From: Diplonema japonicum
Taxonomy: Eukaryota; Protista; Euglenozoa: Diplonemea
DNA length: 64,000 nt
Direction: 5' to 3'
Assembly (NCBI GenBank): GCA_964019335.1
Contig: OZ025705.1
Coordinates: 372,001-436,000, forward strand
Positions 22,966 to 34,127 of this stretch are shown one piece after another. How positions within the stretch are numbered: the stretch's first letter is position 1; each line of letters begins with the position of its first letter. The position numbers were made by a program, and so were the translations under genes. The notes below the pieces were generated by a model. The model did no database searches. It saw nothing but the letters and a program-made list of their open reading frames with translations, and was not told where the DNA came from.

Positions 22966-24141
22966 TCAAGCGCTTCTAGTGAAGTGTCTCACATGCGGGT
23001 CCTGCAATATCTCTCGGACCTGCAGCTGAGGGGTCGCGTACAGCTGCCTCGCACGGGGGGACACGACAGGGGAGAAAGGGTTCTCACCGAAGATAACATA
23101 AGGCGAGGCGATGGGGCGTGGTGGGGGTTGTGTGGCGACATTGGTACGGGGAAGCATCTCTGGGCGGATGGGGTCGACAACGGCGGTGATAGAGGTTTTC
23201 TCCGGCACCCTCCATGCGTGGCGTGCTGCTGATGGGGCGTTGTTTCCGCCCCCCGGTGGTCTGGGCGGGATGTCCGCAGGGAGCGTGGTGCGGATTCTTG
23301 TGACCCTCTGCACATTCTCCACTCTCCTCACTGGTGTGTTTGCAAACCTTCCTATTTTTGCCACTGGCGTGGACATTGCCACTTCCGGTGGGTCGTCACG
23401 CCCGTCAACTTCAAACATCACACCAGTGTCCTGCGGCACGTCCCCCATCCACCCCTCATGCGGTAGTTCCTTCATCCACCCCCCTGGCGGTTCATAACCC
23501 TGTCGTCCCCCCTCCACCCCACTCTTCTCCCACTTTGCCATCCTGGCATCATGTGTCAAAGGCTCCTGCTGTCCCTTGCACTGTTCTGCCCCAGGAACAC
23601 CCGTGCCGATTAAGTCGCTTGTTCGTACCCACGCCCTTGCCTCGTAGTCGCCCGGTAGCACGTGTGCCTTGCTTACACCAATACGCCGCCTCGGCCCTTC
23701 CTGTGGTGGTGGGCCCTTTCCACCTTCTTGGAACACAGACACAGCCCCTTTGCCGTTCTGTCTCGTTGTTGTGTGCGGTCCTTGGCGTATTATCTTCTTG
23801 CCGACATATCTTGGTGCTGAGGACAGGCCTGCACGGTTGCTTGGGGAGTGTTCTCGTGTTTGCGACATTTGCGGAGGACTTGCCGTTCTGAGACTGCTGT
23901 TCTGGAGATGAGGCGGGAGCAACCTGGGGCTGGCGGTCCTGGGCGACCCGTGGTGGTGCGGCACCGAACTCGCATCATACTCCTCCGGCAACACGGTGCT
24001 GTGCTGTCCATTGTACACAGGGGCCGCAGGGTGCACGTGGGATTTCTGTGGTGTGTAATCATCGTGACCTGCAACAGGTCCCGGCGTTGAAAGAGTCGGC
24101 GTGGCCCTGCCTGCATGCGGCCGGAAGGTAGGTGTAGGCAT
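22966..24141 (-). CDS. Hypothetical Pro-rich, probably disordered protein
   Basis: 391 aa ORF, same orientation as neighbours, purine-rich leader. Confidence 0.7.
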   Translation of the reverse strand: MPTPTFRPHAGRATPTLSTPGPVAGHDDYTPQKSHVHPAAPVYNGQHSTVLPEEYDASSVPHHHGSPRTASPRLLPPHLQNSSLRTASPPQMSQTREHSPSNRAGLSSAPRYVGKKIIRQGPHTTTRQNGKGAVSVFQEGGKGPPPQEGPRRRIGVSKAHVLPGDYEARAWVRTSDLIGTGVPGAEQCKGQQEPLTHDARMAKWEKSGVEGGRQGYEPPGGWMKELPHEGWMGDVPQDTGVMFEVDGRDDPPEVAMSTPVAKIGRFANTPVRRVENVQRVTRIRTTLPADIPPRPPGGGNNAPSAARHAWRVPEKTSITAVVDPIRPEMLPRTNVATQPPPRPIASPYVIFGENPFSPVVSPRARQLYATPQLQVREILQDPHVRHFTRSA

Positions 24142-24194
24142 CTCCCAACCCCCCCTCCTGTTTTCTCTTTTTTTTTCCCATCAAAAAAAAAAAA

Positions 24195-24228
<34 letters not shown>

Positions 24229-24230
24229 GT

Positions 24231-25589
24231 TCAAAACAGCGAATCTTGCAACTGGATCCCGGGTGGGATGTTCTGCTTGCTAGTGTTTTTGAACTCCGGG
24301 GTGATGCCCTGATCGTCGGGGTGGGTCAGGGGCCGCCCCCATGTGGCCTCCTGGTTCCGTCTGACGAGATTATGGAGACCGACGACCTGGTGCTGGTACG
24401 TCGGGTCAGGGAGGTGCTCTGCGTCGACAACGATCTCCGCTTCTGCGTCGTGAGGAGACGCATCATAGGCGGCTTTGATCTCAGACGTGAAGTCAGAAAA
24501 CAGTTCATGTGGGGTGGGGGACGCGTCGTTGTTACTCTTCATCCGCCGGTGCTTCGCGCGCATGTCGTCCCTATGCCTCGAAGCAAGAACCGACTTCGTG
24601 ACAAACTGGTTCCGCCTCCCATTAATATCAAGCAACGTGACACCCCAGCAATCCTGAAAGTAATTCTCAACAGGGTCCCACCCTATTTTCTGGACAGGGA
24701 CGGGTATATCGGTGTTCGCTCCCAAGTGACCACGGGCTCTCGGGCCGCACACCACCTCCAAAATCCCTGTAGGCGGGATTGTTAAGTTTCTCGGAAAGAC
24801 AAATATAGGGTTTGGGTTTTCATCGGACCACTTCCCGCCAGTGTACTCGTCATCTTCAGCTTGCGGTGCGACCGCTTTCCGACGTTTGAAAATAGTGGCA
24901 ACACGACAATCACCAATGAGCAAGGATCTTGCCTTGCTTAGATTTTGAATGAATAATGTGTCTCTGCTCATCGAGAGACGGATTGTCCCGGGATGGGTTT
25001 TTTTCAACAACGAGATTTCCGTCTCAGGTACGATGAGATCCATCGGTTGGATGGCGTCTCGGACTTCTTGGACGGCTTTGGGAAGCGGGCGATCTTCAGA
25101 GAGGATCACAGCACCGCCACCGTACCTACCGCTGCCTAGCGCACGGCAGACCTGGAATGCTAGTTGGTGCCTAGTACTTGACGTTGGCATTATACCAAGT
25201 GCACGAAGGGTTTTTTTCAACCTCGCCGTGCTCATTACTGCTATGTTTCTAGGGTCGTCTGAGAATTTTTGCATTATTTTCCCCACGTACGCGCGGTCCT
25301 TCTCGGATAAGCTTTTGTCGGACTGCACCAGGTCTGACAGGTCCCCTTGTTCCAGTCGGAGTTTGACATCTCCGGCCTCTCTGTGGTATGGCGTTCCGTA
25401 CATATGTGTCTTGACCTCGCCAAGTGTCATCTGCTGCGGTTGTTCTTTCTCGCCGTCCTCCCAGCTCTTCCATTTTCTGTAGCTCGCGATTTGTTCTTTT
25501 TGATTGTTAGACGTCCGCGGCCACAGGTTTGCGTGGGCCTTCCTGTGGTGCACGTTCAGCAGATTTGTGATTTTTTTGGTGCCTGACAT
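24231..25589 (-). CDS. Hypothetical protein with a lamin-tail-domain-like region
   Basis: LFIQN...IGDCRV...FVFPRNLTIPPTGILEVVCG...IGW...VTLLDING resembles the LTD pattern; start MSGTKK. Confidence 0.6.
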   Translation of the reverse strand: MSGTKKITNLLNVHHRKAHANLWPRTSNNQKEQIASYRKWKSWEDGEKEQPQQMTLGEVKTHMYGTPYHREAGDVKLRLEQGDLSDLVQSDKSLSEKDRAYVGKIMQKFSDDPRNIAVMSTARLKKTLRALGIMPTSSTRHQLAFQVCRALGSGRYGGGAVILSEDRPLPKAVQEVRDAIQPMDLIVPETEISLLKKTHPGTIRLSMSRDTLFIQNLSKARSLLIGDCRVATIFKRRKAVAPQAEDDEYTGGKWSDENPNPIFVFPRNLTIPPTGILEVVCGPRARGHLGANTDIPVPVQKIGWDPVENYFQDCWGVTLLDINGRRNQFVTKSVLASRHRDDMRAKHRRMKSNNDASPTPHELFSDFTSEIKAAYDASPHDAEAEIVVDAEHLPDPTYQHQVVGLHNLVRRNQEATWGRPLTHPDDQGITPEFKNTSKQNIPPGIQLQDSLF

Positions 25590-25691
25590 GTTCTCCCCCG
25601 CACACCCCACTCCCTCCTTTTTTTGTTCTCTTTTTTTTTTTTTTTTTTAAATTATGGAATGGGGGTAGGGAATTTTTTTTTGAAACTGTGT

Positions 25692-25726
<35 letters not shown>

Positions 25727-26043
25727 GTGCTCTTACTCTCCCATCATATCATTCTTTTTTTTTTTGCTGGCAAACAATTTTTTTTTCAGAAGACTGGGAA
25801 GAAAAAAAAAAGAAAAAAAAGAGGGGGGATGGATGATAACTCTTCGTTCACCACATTGCCTCCCTTGACTCACGCTGCTGGGAGAGAAGCGTCACTTTTT
25901 AAAACAAACAAACAAACAAAAAAATAATATTGAGTTAGCCAAATGTACGGGTGAAAAAAAAAAAAAAAAAAAAAAAAAAGAAGAGGCGTAGTGCCGGGAC
26001 TCTTTAGGAGTCAGCGGGATGGTTTTTTGTATCAGTGTCTAGT

Positions 26044-26647
26044 CTACTCAAGCTCACTGAGATCGATGTCATTGATGTGTTTCGCGCGACTGAGCTGCTT
26101 ACCACACCCGGGTGCCATGAGGATGAAGGTGGGCATGGCTATGATCGAATATCTCGAAGCAAGGTCCTCATGCTCATCCACGTCCACTGCAATGACCTGT
26201 ACGTCTGGGTGGGTTTCCGCAAAGTTGCGAACCTTTTTTTTTTTTTTCCTAAAAGTTTTTTTTTTTTTTCTTCCATACCGCAGGTTTCACTTTTTGACAC
26301 GGCCCGCACCACGTTGCAGTGAAATAAAGCACCGTTGCTCCCCTCGACACCATTTCGTTGAAGTCATCCCCCTCATCAAACTCATACATTATGCCTGATA
26401 TCTTATCTCCTTTTGTCTCGACTTTTTGTTGTTCTCCCTCCATTTTTTTCTCTTCTTTTTTCTTCTTTCCCTTCATAAACGATGGCGTGATGTAAGATAT
26501 AAAGGCTGCGATCCACGCATGCAGAACATCCAACTTCTCCTGAATCACCTTAGGCATAACAGAGTACACCGGACGCAAAAGCATGCAAATTATAGGAAAC
26601 AGTGCTGTCCAAGGTATGCACACAGGACCGAGACAGAGAAGTGGCAT
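26044..26647 (-). CDS. Thioredoxin-domain protein with hydrophobic N-terminus; intron at 26233-26278
   Basis: WCGPC active site. Removing the intron restores VKPAVRNFAETHPDVQVIAVDVDEHEDLASRYSIIAMPTF. Confidence 0.9.
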
Positions 26648-26682
26648 TTTTTTTTTTCTTCTTCTTTTTTCCCCCCAAATTA

Positions 26683-26750
26683 CTGTACACCAAATAATAA
26701 GAAAAAAAACAAAAAAAAAACAGGGGAATAAGAATGAAAAAAGGAAGGGG
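26683..26750 (-). promoter_or_regulatory. Example trans-splice-type acceptor: polypyrimidine tract, ACAG, then an A-rich 5' UTR
   Basis: Sense strand reads ...cccttccttttttcattcttattcccctgttttttttttgttttttttcttattatttggtgtacAG, then an A-rich leader to the ATG at 26647. Confidence 0.55.
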
Positions 26751-26800
26751 ACGGCAAAAAGCGAAAAAAAATCTAAGGGAAAAAAACCCCCCCCCCTTAT

Positions 26801-28621
26801 CTAAAATAACTTCCTGGCACCGGGGGTTTCCCGCCCAGTGAGTTGTTCAGTTTTCGGCGTCATGGCCTCAAATGCTTCTTTACAAGGTATGTTGTGCTCG
26901 ATGAGGATTTTAGTGAGGGCGTGTGCGGTCTCTTCGGCGGTGTCGTAGATCTGCTGAGGGGCAAAAGTGGTGGCAGGGTTCTGCCTGGCGTTGGAGGAAA
27001 GGGTCTCCACTGTTGAACCGTTCATGGTAATGGTGTCGCAAGCTTCTTTGGCGTTTTGACACGTCTCGAGGAGGCAGTCGGCAAGGGGCTCACCCATTGC
27101 AAGACCATCCTTAACCTGTGTGTACCCGTTCAAGGCTACAACAAGGAGAGCCTCTTGATGTGCATCCGTTGGCTTGTGCTCCCCAGCCGCCTTCAGGTAC
27201 ATCTGGTACCAGTCAGCCGATGCAGGCATATTCCCTTGTTTCCTAGCAAGCCTTGCGAGGTGCAGTATGGTATCCGCAGTCGAGGCTCGTCTATTTGTGC
27301 ATCGTGCTGCTTCGTCGAGCATTCCCATTTCTTCATACATGGCAGCCACGCCTCCCCAGAAGGGCTGCTGGTCAGCTGTTACGGATGGTTGTTGCACAGC
27401 ACGTAGATAATGCTGAAGTGTTAAGCACGGCAGCCGCATGAGCTCGTACGCCATCCCCAGCCCATACCACCCGGATCCGATGTGCTTCCTTGTTGCCTCG
27501 CTGCAGTGTGGTAGCTGCTTTGCCTCGACCGCCTTTTGGTACGCTATAATGGCCACACCCGTCTGCTTCAGCTCGATGGCCTCATGCCCCATCAGCACGT
27601 GCGAGTCCTTACAGCTCACAGGGTCTAGTTTGATGGCCCGCTGGTAATACGTGTACGCTTTATCGTGTCGTTCGCATGCTGAATGATAATCCGCCAGCAC
27701 CATGCACGTCTCGGGACGGTACCTTGCAACGGAGAATGCCCGTCGTGCCAATTGGCAGAGTTCAGCAAGATGCGCTTTTCTTGTGATGAACAGAATGTTG
27801 GAATAGTCGACGATCCCTTCAAAGCGGTATGGGTGCAGGTCGAGGAGGTACTCGAAGACCTCTTTCGACTTCTTCCATTGGCGGAGGTGGCGGCGGGCGG
27901 TTGCAATGTCTTGGAGAATGGCAGGGGCACGGCCGAGCTGCGTCCCAAGCGGGACAAGGAGCTCCACGGCACGATCCCACTGGTGCAGGGTGGAGTAGTG
28001 CTTCGCTGTTGCTAGAATAATGACCCAGTGCTTCCCGTACTGCAGCCTTTGACAAGCTTCAACACCACGTAACGCCCCACCAAGCACAAGAAGCTCCTGC
28101 CAGGAAGCCCAGAGCAACGGCTGCATTTCAACAGACTTCACAAATGCAGCGACTGCCTCTTCTCTTCTCCCCAAGTGCCGCAAAGTAACGCCTCGAAGCC
28201 ACAGTGTGTAAGGATCCACTTTGTTCAATTTTTGAATCTCCTCAAGCACCTCGGAGCAGTACGGGTTGATTACGTTCTCTTGATCTTCGCCGTAGGCAAT
28301 GTGCATCTTTCTTTTTTCCTCGCCGGCTAGATATCTGCTGTAGCACTGCAAGAATACGACCTTCAGGCTCTTGCACCCTTCCAGAGTATGCCAGGCCCGG
28401 AGATATTCAGCGTTGTCGAATGCGGCCTTGGCTAGTAGGAATTTTCGGTGTTCTGTTACATCCACACCACCCAAAGGGCCTCTGCCCTCTTGCCACGGGG
28501 TGAAGGTTTCTCTTTCCTGGGTCAACCCGTGAAGCTGGCTAAGTAACCACCCTGATGACTTAACCATTCCCCTCCATCGGCATTGTTCCGCCACTACTCG
28601 GATCTCTTGCTTATTGTTCAT
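26801..28621 (-). CDS. CDC23: Anaphase-promoting complex subunit 8 (Cdc23)-like TPR protein
   Basis: RGMVKSSGWL, LAKAAFDNAEYLRA, YSRYLAGE, YRPETC and LMGHEAIELK motifs. Confidence 0.85.
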   Translation of the reverse strand: MNNKQEIRVVAEQCRWRGMVKSSGWLLSQLHGLTQERETFTPWQEGRGPLGGVDVTEHRKFLLAKAAFDNAEYLRAWHTLEGCKSLKVVFLQCYSRYLAGEEKRKMHIAYGEDQENVINPYCSEVLEEIQKLNKVDPYTLWLRGVTLRHLGRREEAVAAFVKSVEMQPLLWASWQELLVLGGALRGVEACQRLQYGKHWVIILATAKHYSTLHQWDRAVELLVPLGTQLGRAPAILQDIATARRHLRQWKKSKEVFEYLLDLHPYRFEGIVDYSNILFITRKAHLAELCQLARRAFSVARYRPETCMVLADYHSACERHDKAYTYYQRAIKLDPVSCKDSHVLMGHEAIELKQTGVAIIAYQKAVEAKQLPHCSEATRKHIGSGWYGLGMAYELMRLPCLTLQHYLRAVQQPSVTADQQPFWGGVAAMYEEMGMLDEAARCTNRRASTADTILHLARLARKQGNMPASADWYQMYLKAAGEHKPTDAHQEALLVVALNGYTQVKDGLAMGEPLADCLLETCQNAKEACDTITMNGSTVETLSSNARQNPATTFAPQQIYDTAEETAHALTKILIEHNIPCKEAFEAMTPKTEQLTGRETPGARKLF

Positions 28622-29019
28622 TGGTTTTTTTTCTTTTTGAAAAAAGTATTTTTTCCCCCCCACCCGTGTGTCGCCTTTTTTTTGGGGGGGGGAGGACAAA
28701 AAAGACAAAAAAAAAGATTTAAGGAAAGGGGGGGGGAAAAAAATACTTTTTTTTTATTTTTTTCTGAAAATTTACCGTTCCCCACCGCGCCCCATGTTAC
28801 TACTTCTGTTCATTCACTAAGCATCTGAAGGTTGCCTTGGTTTTTTTTTTTTTTTTTTTTTCTTTTTTCATTCTTTCAAAAAGGTTTTTTCACTCTTCTT
28901 CTTTTTTTTTTTTTTTCTAGTAGCCAAACTAGTCGTTTCTCTCACATTTTTTTTGGGGGTAAGTTAAAAAAAAGTCATTCTTGTTCTGTGCTAAAGGGGA
29001 AAAAAAATTTTTTTTTATA

Positions 29020-29685
29020 TAACTCGAGCCGGGTTTTCAAGGGTGGGAGTGAAAATAAGATTTTACTTTATGTCACTCCCAGCTTTATTTTCACTCCCAA
29101 TTACCTTGAAATTAGGCCCAGGAGTGAAATAATGTTCGAGCGTGAAATAATGTAACATTATTTCACTCCTGGGCCTAATTTCACCTATTCCACCTAGGTT
29201 TAGGGCAAGTAACAGCAAGATCAACGCCATCACCCAACGAAACTTCGGTAAAAAAATGCAGAGCTTTCCCGGGGTTGCACTTCTTTTGAAGAAGGCAATG
29301 AGGCGAAAAAAAGCTTCGGTGTTAAGTCAGGAACAAATGAAAGAGTATCTGGCAGTGAAATTCAGCGACCCCTACAACGTGTGTCAGGCATATGCAGCTT
29401 GCATGTTTGCAAGCGGGATGAGGACAAATAGTCGCACAAACTGAAATTTAGCGACGTGTAACCCAAATCCCAACCCTGTAACCTCGCACCCTTTCAAACC
29501 CGGCTCTTGTTAAATAAAACAACGTATTAGTGAAAATAAGAGCATTATTCCACTTGTGGTGGCAGGTTTAACTCGTAGCTTTTTACTTCACTCGCTTCGC
29601 TCGTGAACTAAGATCCCTACTCGTTAAACCCCCTGCCACCACGCGTGAAATAATGCTATCTTATTTTCACTTAATAAATAGCTAT
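29020..29685 (+). mobile_element. Crypton-like non-autonomous element with a tyrosine-recombinase remnant
   Basis: IR 29020-29045 / 29487-29512; perfect 30-bp palindrome arms 29107-29136 / 29154-29183; external hairpin 29530-29670; remnant KKASVLSQEQMKEYL...GMRTN(E)SHKLKFSDV after a 1-nt frameshift. Confidence 0.72.
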
Positions 29686-30455
29686 TTTTTTTTCTGGTTG
29701 CCTAACAAGTGAACTTTTTTCTATTGGCACATTTTGTTACTCGAAAATAAATAAAGCGATGGGGAGGGGTAAGTAAAGTATGTTTGGGTGCGAAAGAAAA
29801 AAAAAAGGGGGGGAGGTAAAAAACAGGAAGGAAACAGAATACGGAAAAGAGGAGAAAAAAAAAAACTGTAATAGTTCTGCCAATGCTATAAATTTCCAGC
29901 TAATAATACGTTCCTTTTCCCTCCTATCGGCAAATAGCAAAGACATCAATCATTTTATTTTATTTTTTTTTGTTTCAAACTTGCTCAAAAACGAATATGG
30001 CCAGTTTACCCGCTATTGTAACAGACTAGTACCCCCGAGAAATCTGAGCTGGAAAAACAATCCTTTTTTTTGGGGGAGAGCTATCACACTTTTCCCCCCC
30101 CTTTCCCTCTTTTTTTTTTTTTTTTTTAAAGTCTGTGACAAGTAACGGGAGCAACAACCGCATCTCATTCAAAAAGAAAAAAAATTAAAAAAAAAAAAAT
30201 GAGAGCACGTATTTCTTTCTTTTTTTTTTTCTTTTTTTTTTCCCCCAAAAACAAATTTTCTTACAACTTGTATTGTGAACAAAAAAAAACCTGTGATGGG
30301 GTGGGGGGGGGTTTTTTTTTCCTCCTTCTTTTTTTTTTTTTTTTCCTCCAATATCTTCTTCTCTATTTTTATTCGGGAAGTTTTCAACCGCAGTGCAAGA
30401 CAACAACACCCTTCTCTCTCCTTTTTTTCAAAACTTTCTTTTTTTTTTTTTTTTT

Positions 30456-32340
30456 TTAGAAAGCCTTGTTCCGATGGTGCAGAACCGCCACAGTTTCTTG
30501 TCTGTCATAATAACGATTCACGTACACAGGGTTGTTCTCCGGGTAGTCCCTGAGCCTTTTGAAAAGGAACTCTTCTAAGGTGACCCAGCCTCCCCCTACA
30601 CGGATCATAACTGCATCTCGGACACACCGGACGTAGAAAACGATTCTCTTTGGGTATTCGATAACGTACATCCCGTTTTTAACCTTGTGAAGTTTCACTG
30701 CCAAGGGGCGGGAAGGGAGGCTGTTCACAATCCGGCCGACGTGGCGATCCAGTGGGTCTCTTCTGTCGGATACGTACTGGTTTCCTTTGTATTGGAATAC
30801 TGGGTTGTCTTCCTCCAAGCATTCAGCACGGATACGCGCCTGTCGTTCCGCCAATCTCCTTCGTTCTTCTTCTTCTTCGGCAGCATTCCTTCTTCGGTGC
30901 ATCTCCATTCTCCTTGCCTCTTCCTCCCTCAGTCGTTGTTCTTCCGCGTATCTTCGTTCCCTTTTCAACCTCTCCATTTCTTCGTGTTTCCGTCTTCTTT
31001 CTCTTTCGTACGCTTCTTCTCTTGCTTTTCTGTCGGCCTCGCGCTGTCTTGCCTCTGCCTCTTCTTGCCGGAGCTGTCGTTGCCGTTCCTCCTCTGCTTT
31101 TCGAATAGCTTCCTCGTCGACTTGTTTGGTTTTGATCTGCGTTTTCAGCATTTCTTCGACCTCCTTGTGGGAGATCTCCACCTCGTCCTCCTGGTCTATT
31201 TCTAACTCGAGTTTTACAATTTGCGGTGCGAACGTGCTGAAGATCTGATGCGCCCGCTTGGCGATGTATATGAAGAACGTCATAACCTTTTTTTTGTTTT
31301 TTAAAAAAAAAAATTTTTTTTTTATTCTGTGCCACACCTGACGCTTGTCCCTACCATCTTCGACCAAGTCTTGTGGGTCGAATAGCTGTTCCTTTGGTAT
31401 GCCAAACTCCGTTTCTGCCAGTTCGATAAACCTCTTTACATTGTCCAGCTTCTGCCATATGTTCACAGGCCGCGACGCGAAGCTGTATTTATTTATTTTA
31501 TTCGGTTTTTTTTTTTCTCTTCGCATACTTCACTTTCAAAGCTGGGTTCAGCAGGTTCAATAACCTGCACAAGAGCACACCGTCTGCCAGTTTGCTGAAG
31601 AGGTTCGCCTCGGTGACAGGGGGGTTCAGGTTCATGGTTTGCGACAGCCATTCCGCGAACTCTTTGCGGAGAATTTCCTCTCCTTCGTCTTTGTTCTTAA
31701 CACCCTGAAGTTGGTCCTTAAGGTCAGCATGACGCGAGGCTGAGGAAGGCGGGGCGTTCTCAGGAGCTTCGAGTCCTATCTCAATGAAGACAGAGGACTT
31801 TTTCAAGTTGTATTTTTTGCAGAGCGTGGAAAAGATTTCTTCGTCGGTGGAGTCGTCGGCAAGCTTAAGGATGTTCTCGATGTCCCCAAGCTTTGTGGGG
31901 TTGTGCCGTTTGTAAAAAGTTTCGAGTTTTTTCCGCCTTGCCTCCTCGTGGTCCATTACGTTAACCGGGTCTACGTGTTGTTGTTGTTGTTGTGATTGTA
32001 CAGGTGTTGTAGATGAAGGGGAGGCTTCCCTTGTAGATGACCGGACACTGTCCATACCCATGCCTGCAGATCCAGCACCTCTTCCTTCCTTCCGAATGGT
32101 GTCGCCTCTGCTTAGCTCCACAGAGGCCCCGTTCACTGTCCCTTTGCCGATCACGGGTGCTTTCCACTCTAGTGGGTCGTACAGCACGCCGTATTTCTTG
32201 CACAATTGATCGAAAAGCTGGTGCTCCGTCATCTCGGTCTCAACCAGGAGCTTCATCACCTTGTCGATGTCGCCCTCTTTCTCAGGGTTGTGCTTTTGAT
32301 AGAACCTCTTTAATTTCTCGCGAACATCGTGTTCATCCAT
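30456..32340 (-). CDS. GAS2-like cytoskeletal linker (CH domain, coiled coil, GAR domain); introns at 31483-31528 and 31287-31337
   Basis: LADGVLLCRL (CH); VMIRVGGGWVTLEEFL (GAR); two N-terminal FYxxHNPxK repeats; introns restore the reading frame. Confidence 0.88.
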
Positions 32341-32986
32341 TTTTTTTTTTTTTTTTTTTTTTGCTTTTTTGTTTTGTTTTTTGTTTTGAACAGATCAAAG
32401 AAAAAGGGGGGAAACCATAATGGGACCGGGGAAAAAAAAATTTTTTTTTTCCCATTCTTCCAGATACATTTTTCTTTTTTTGTGGGGATTCTTTTTTCTT
32501 CTTCTTTTTTTTTCATTCATCTTTTGTTTGTTGAAAAGAGCAGGAAGGGGGGAGGGGGGGAAACAAAAAATTGGGCCACATTAGTGCCTCGATACGTGCA
32601 GAACTCTTCCTCAGAAAAAAAAAAGAAGAAAAAAAAAAGGGGAAGGGAATAAAAAGAAAAAAAAAAGAAAACTCTTTTTTTTCTTCTTCTTCTTCTTTTC
32701 CCTTTTGAACTACCTTTCCCCCTGGGGAATAGTGACATTGGAGCACTGTTTTCCCTTCTTTCCCTCCACCCCCCTTTTTTTTTTTCCTCCTTTTTTTTTT
32801 TTTCTGTGAGAGCTATTCAAATCATTTGAACGACGTATGGGGAGAAAAAAGGGGAGGGGAAGAAAGTATACAAAAGGGGGAGGGGAGATATGGAGGAAGA
32901 TAAAAATTTTGATCGTGGTCCTGGTGATTATTGAATTAATATAAAGTGATCCCCCCCCCAAAAAAAACCCTTTTTTTTTTATCCAT

Positions 32987-33871
32987 TCACGCGGTGATAG
33001 ATGTCATATCCCTATCAAGGTCAGTGATCAACGAGGAAGCAAGTTTGGTAGAAGCAAGCAATGTGATTGAGAGGATGGACACGCCCACAGTACCGATAGA
33101 AAGACGGAGGGAAGCACGGTGTAATAAACGAGTTTCAGCAGAAAGTTTGCGTAGAGACGACCCGAGAAAGGTGAAGAGAAACACAGTGATAATCTGCCCA
33201 GCCCACGATCCAAGGGCGTAATCATGCGCTCGAAGAGAAGTAGCACCAAGGCCGTATGACACTGCACCTGAGGGGAAGTAAGGACAGAGACGGATCAAAA
33301 AAGTAATAAGCGCACCGTTTTTTTGTAGAGACTCACTGTCGCCTGCGAAGTCAACCAGGGCAGCTGCCTCTGTAGCAAAGTCTTTGAAATACCTCTTTGC
33401 CAGACAGAAATTTATCAAACTTCCTACAAACATTGCCGAAGCAATGACCAACACACCCCATCTCACCCCAAGAACCGCACCCGCTGTAACGTTAAATGGT
33501 AGAGTCGGGACACACATTACCATGGCCACTACAGTCGCACCCCATAACAGCCCTGCTCCGACCTCTTTTGAAAGATTGTGTTCTACTTGGTCTACCACCC
33601 ACTTTGATCCGACTTTAATCCCTTTCCCCGCCCACGCCACGCCTTTCCACGCACCGCCTTTTATTTTCTGGTAGGTTATCTCAGCTTTTGAGATTTCAAC
33701 TTCTTTCTTTGGTGGGACCACCATCCATTTCATGACTCTGAACACCTTGCTTTTCTGCACTTTTTGAAACATTCCCGACCGTGGGGGTGGTAGAGGCGGT
33801 GTTGTGTGGTGGAGCATTCTGCGTCCGCTTTCCACCCCCCTGTTCACCATGCTTAGCCTCAGCATTGCCAT
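32987..33871 (-). CDS. VTT/SNARE-associated (TVP38/TMEM64-like) membrane protein
   Basis: VPTLPFNVTAGAVLG, GSLINFCLAK and LIRLCPYFPSGAVSYGLG motifs. Confidence 0.82.
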   Translation of the reverse strand: MAMLRLSMVNRGVESGRRMLHHTTPPLPPPRSGMFQKVQKSKVFRVMKWMVVPPKKEVEISKAEITYQKIKGGAWKGVAWAGKGIKVGSKWVVDQVEHNLSKEVGAGLLWGATVVAMVMCVPTLPFNVTAGAVLGVRWGVLVIASAMFVGSLINFCLAKRYFKDFATEAAALVDFAGDSESLQKNGALITFLIRLCPYFPSGAVSYGLGATSLRAHDYALGSWAGQIITVFLFTFLGSSLRKLSAETRLLHRASLRLSIGTVGVSILSITLLASTKLASSLITDLDRDMTSITA

Positions 33872-34127
33872 AGGCACGGGGTGTTAGGGTCGATGGCACC
33901 CCCCCCCCCCCCCTTTCCTGTGATAAAGGAAAACCCTTTTTTTTCCGGGGTGGGGGGAAGGATAGCAGATGAAGAAAGAAGGGAGGGAGAAAAGAGAAGA
34001 AAATACTATCCCCCCCCCAACAATTTCCGGCTTTTTACGTATTGTTAGTAAAAGAAAGGAGGGTGGGGAGGGGGGTTGCACGCCTGTTGCACGACCGCCG
34101 GTGGTGTAAGAAAAAAGCTTATCCTTG

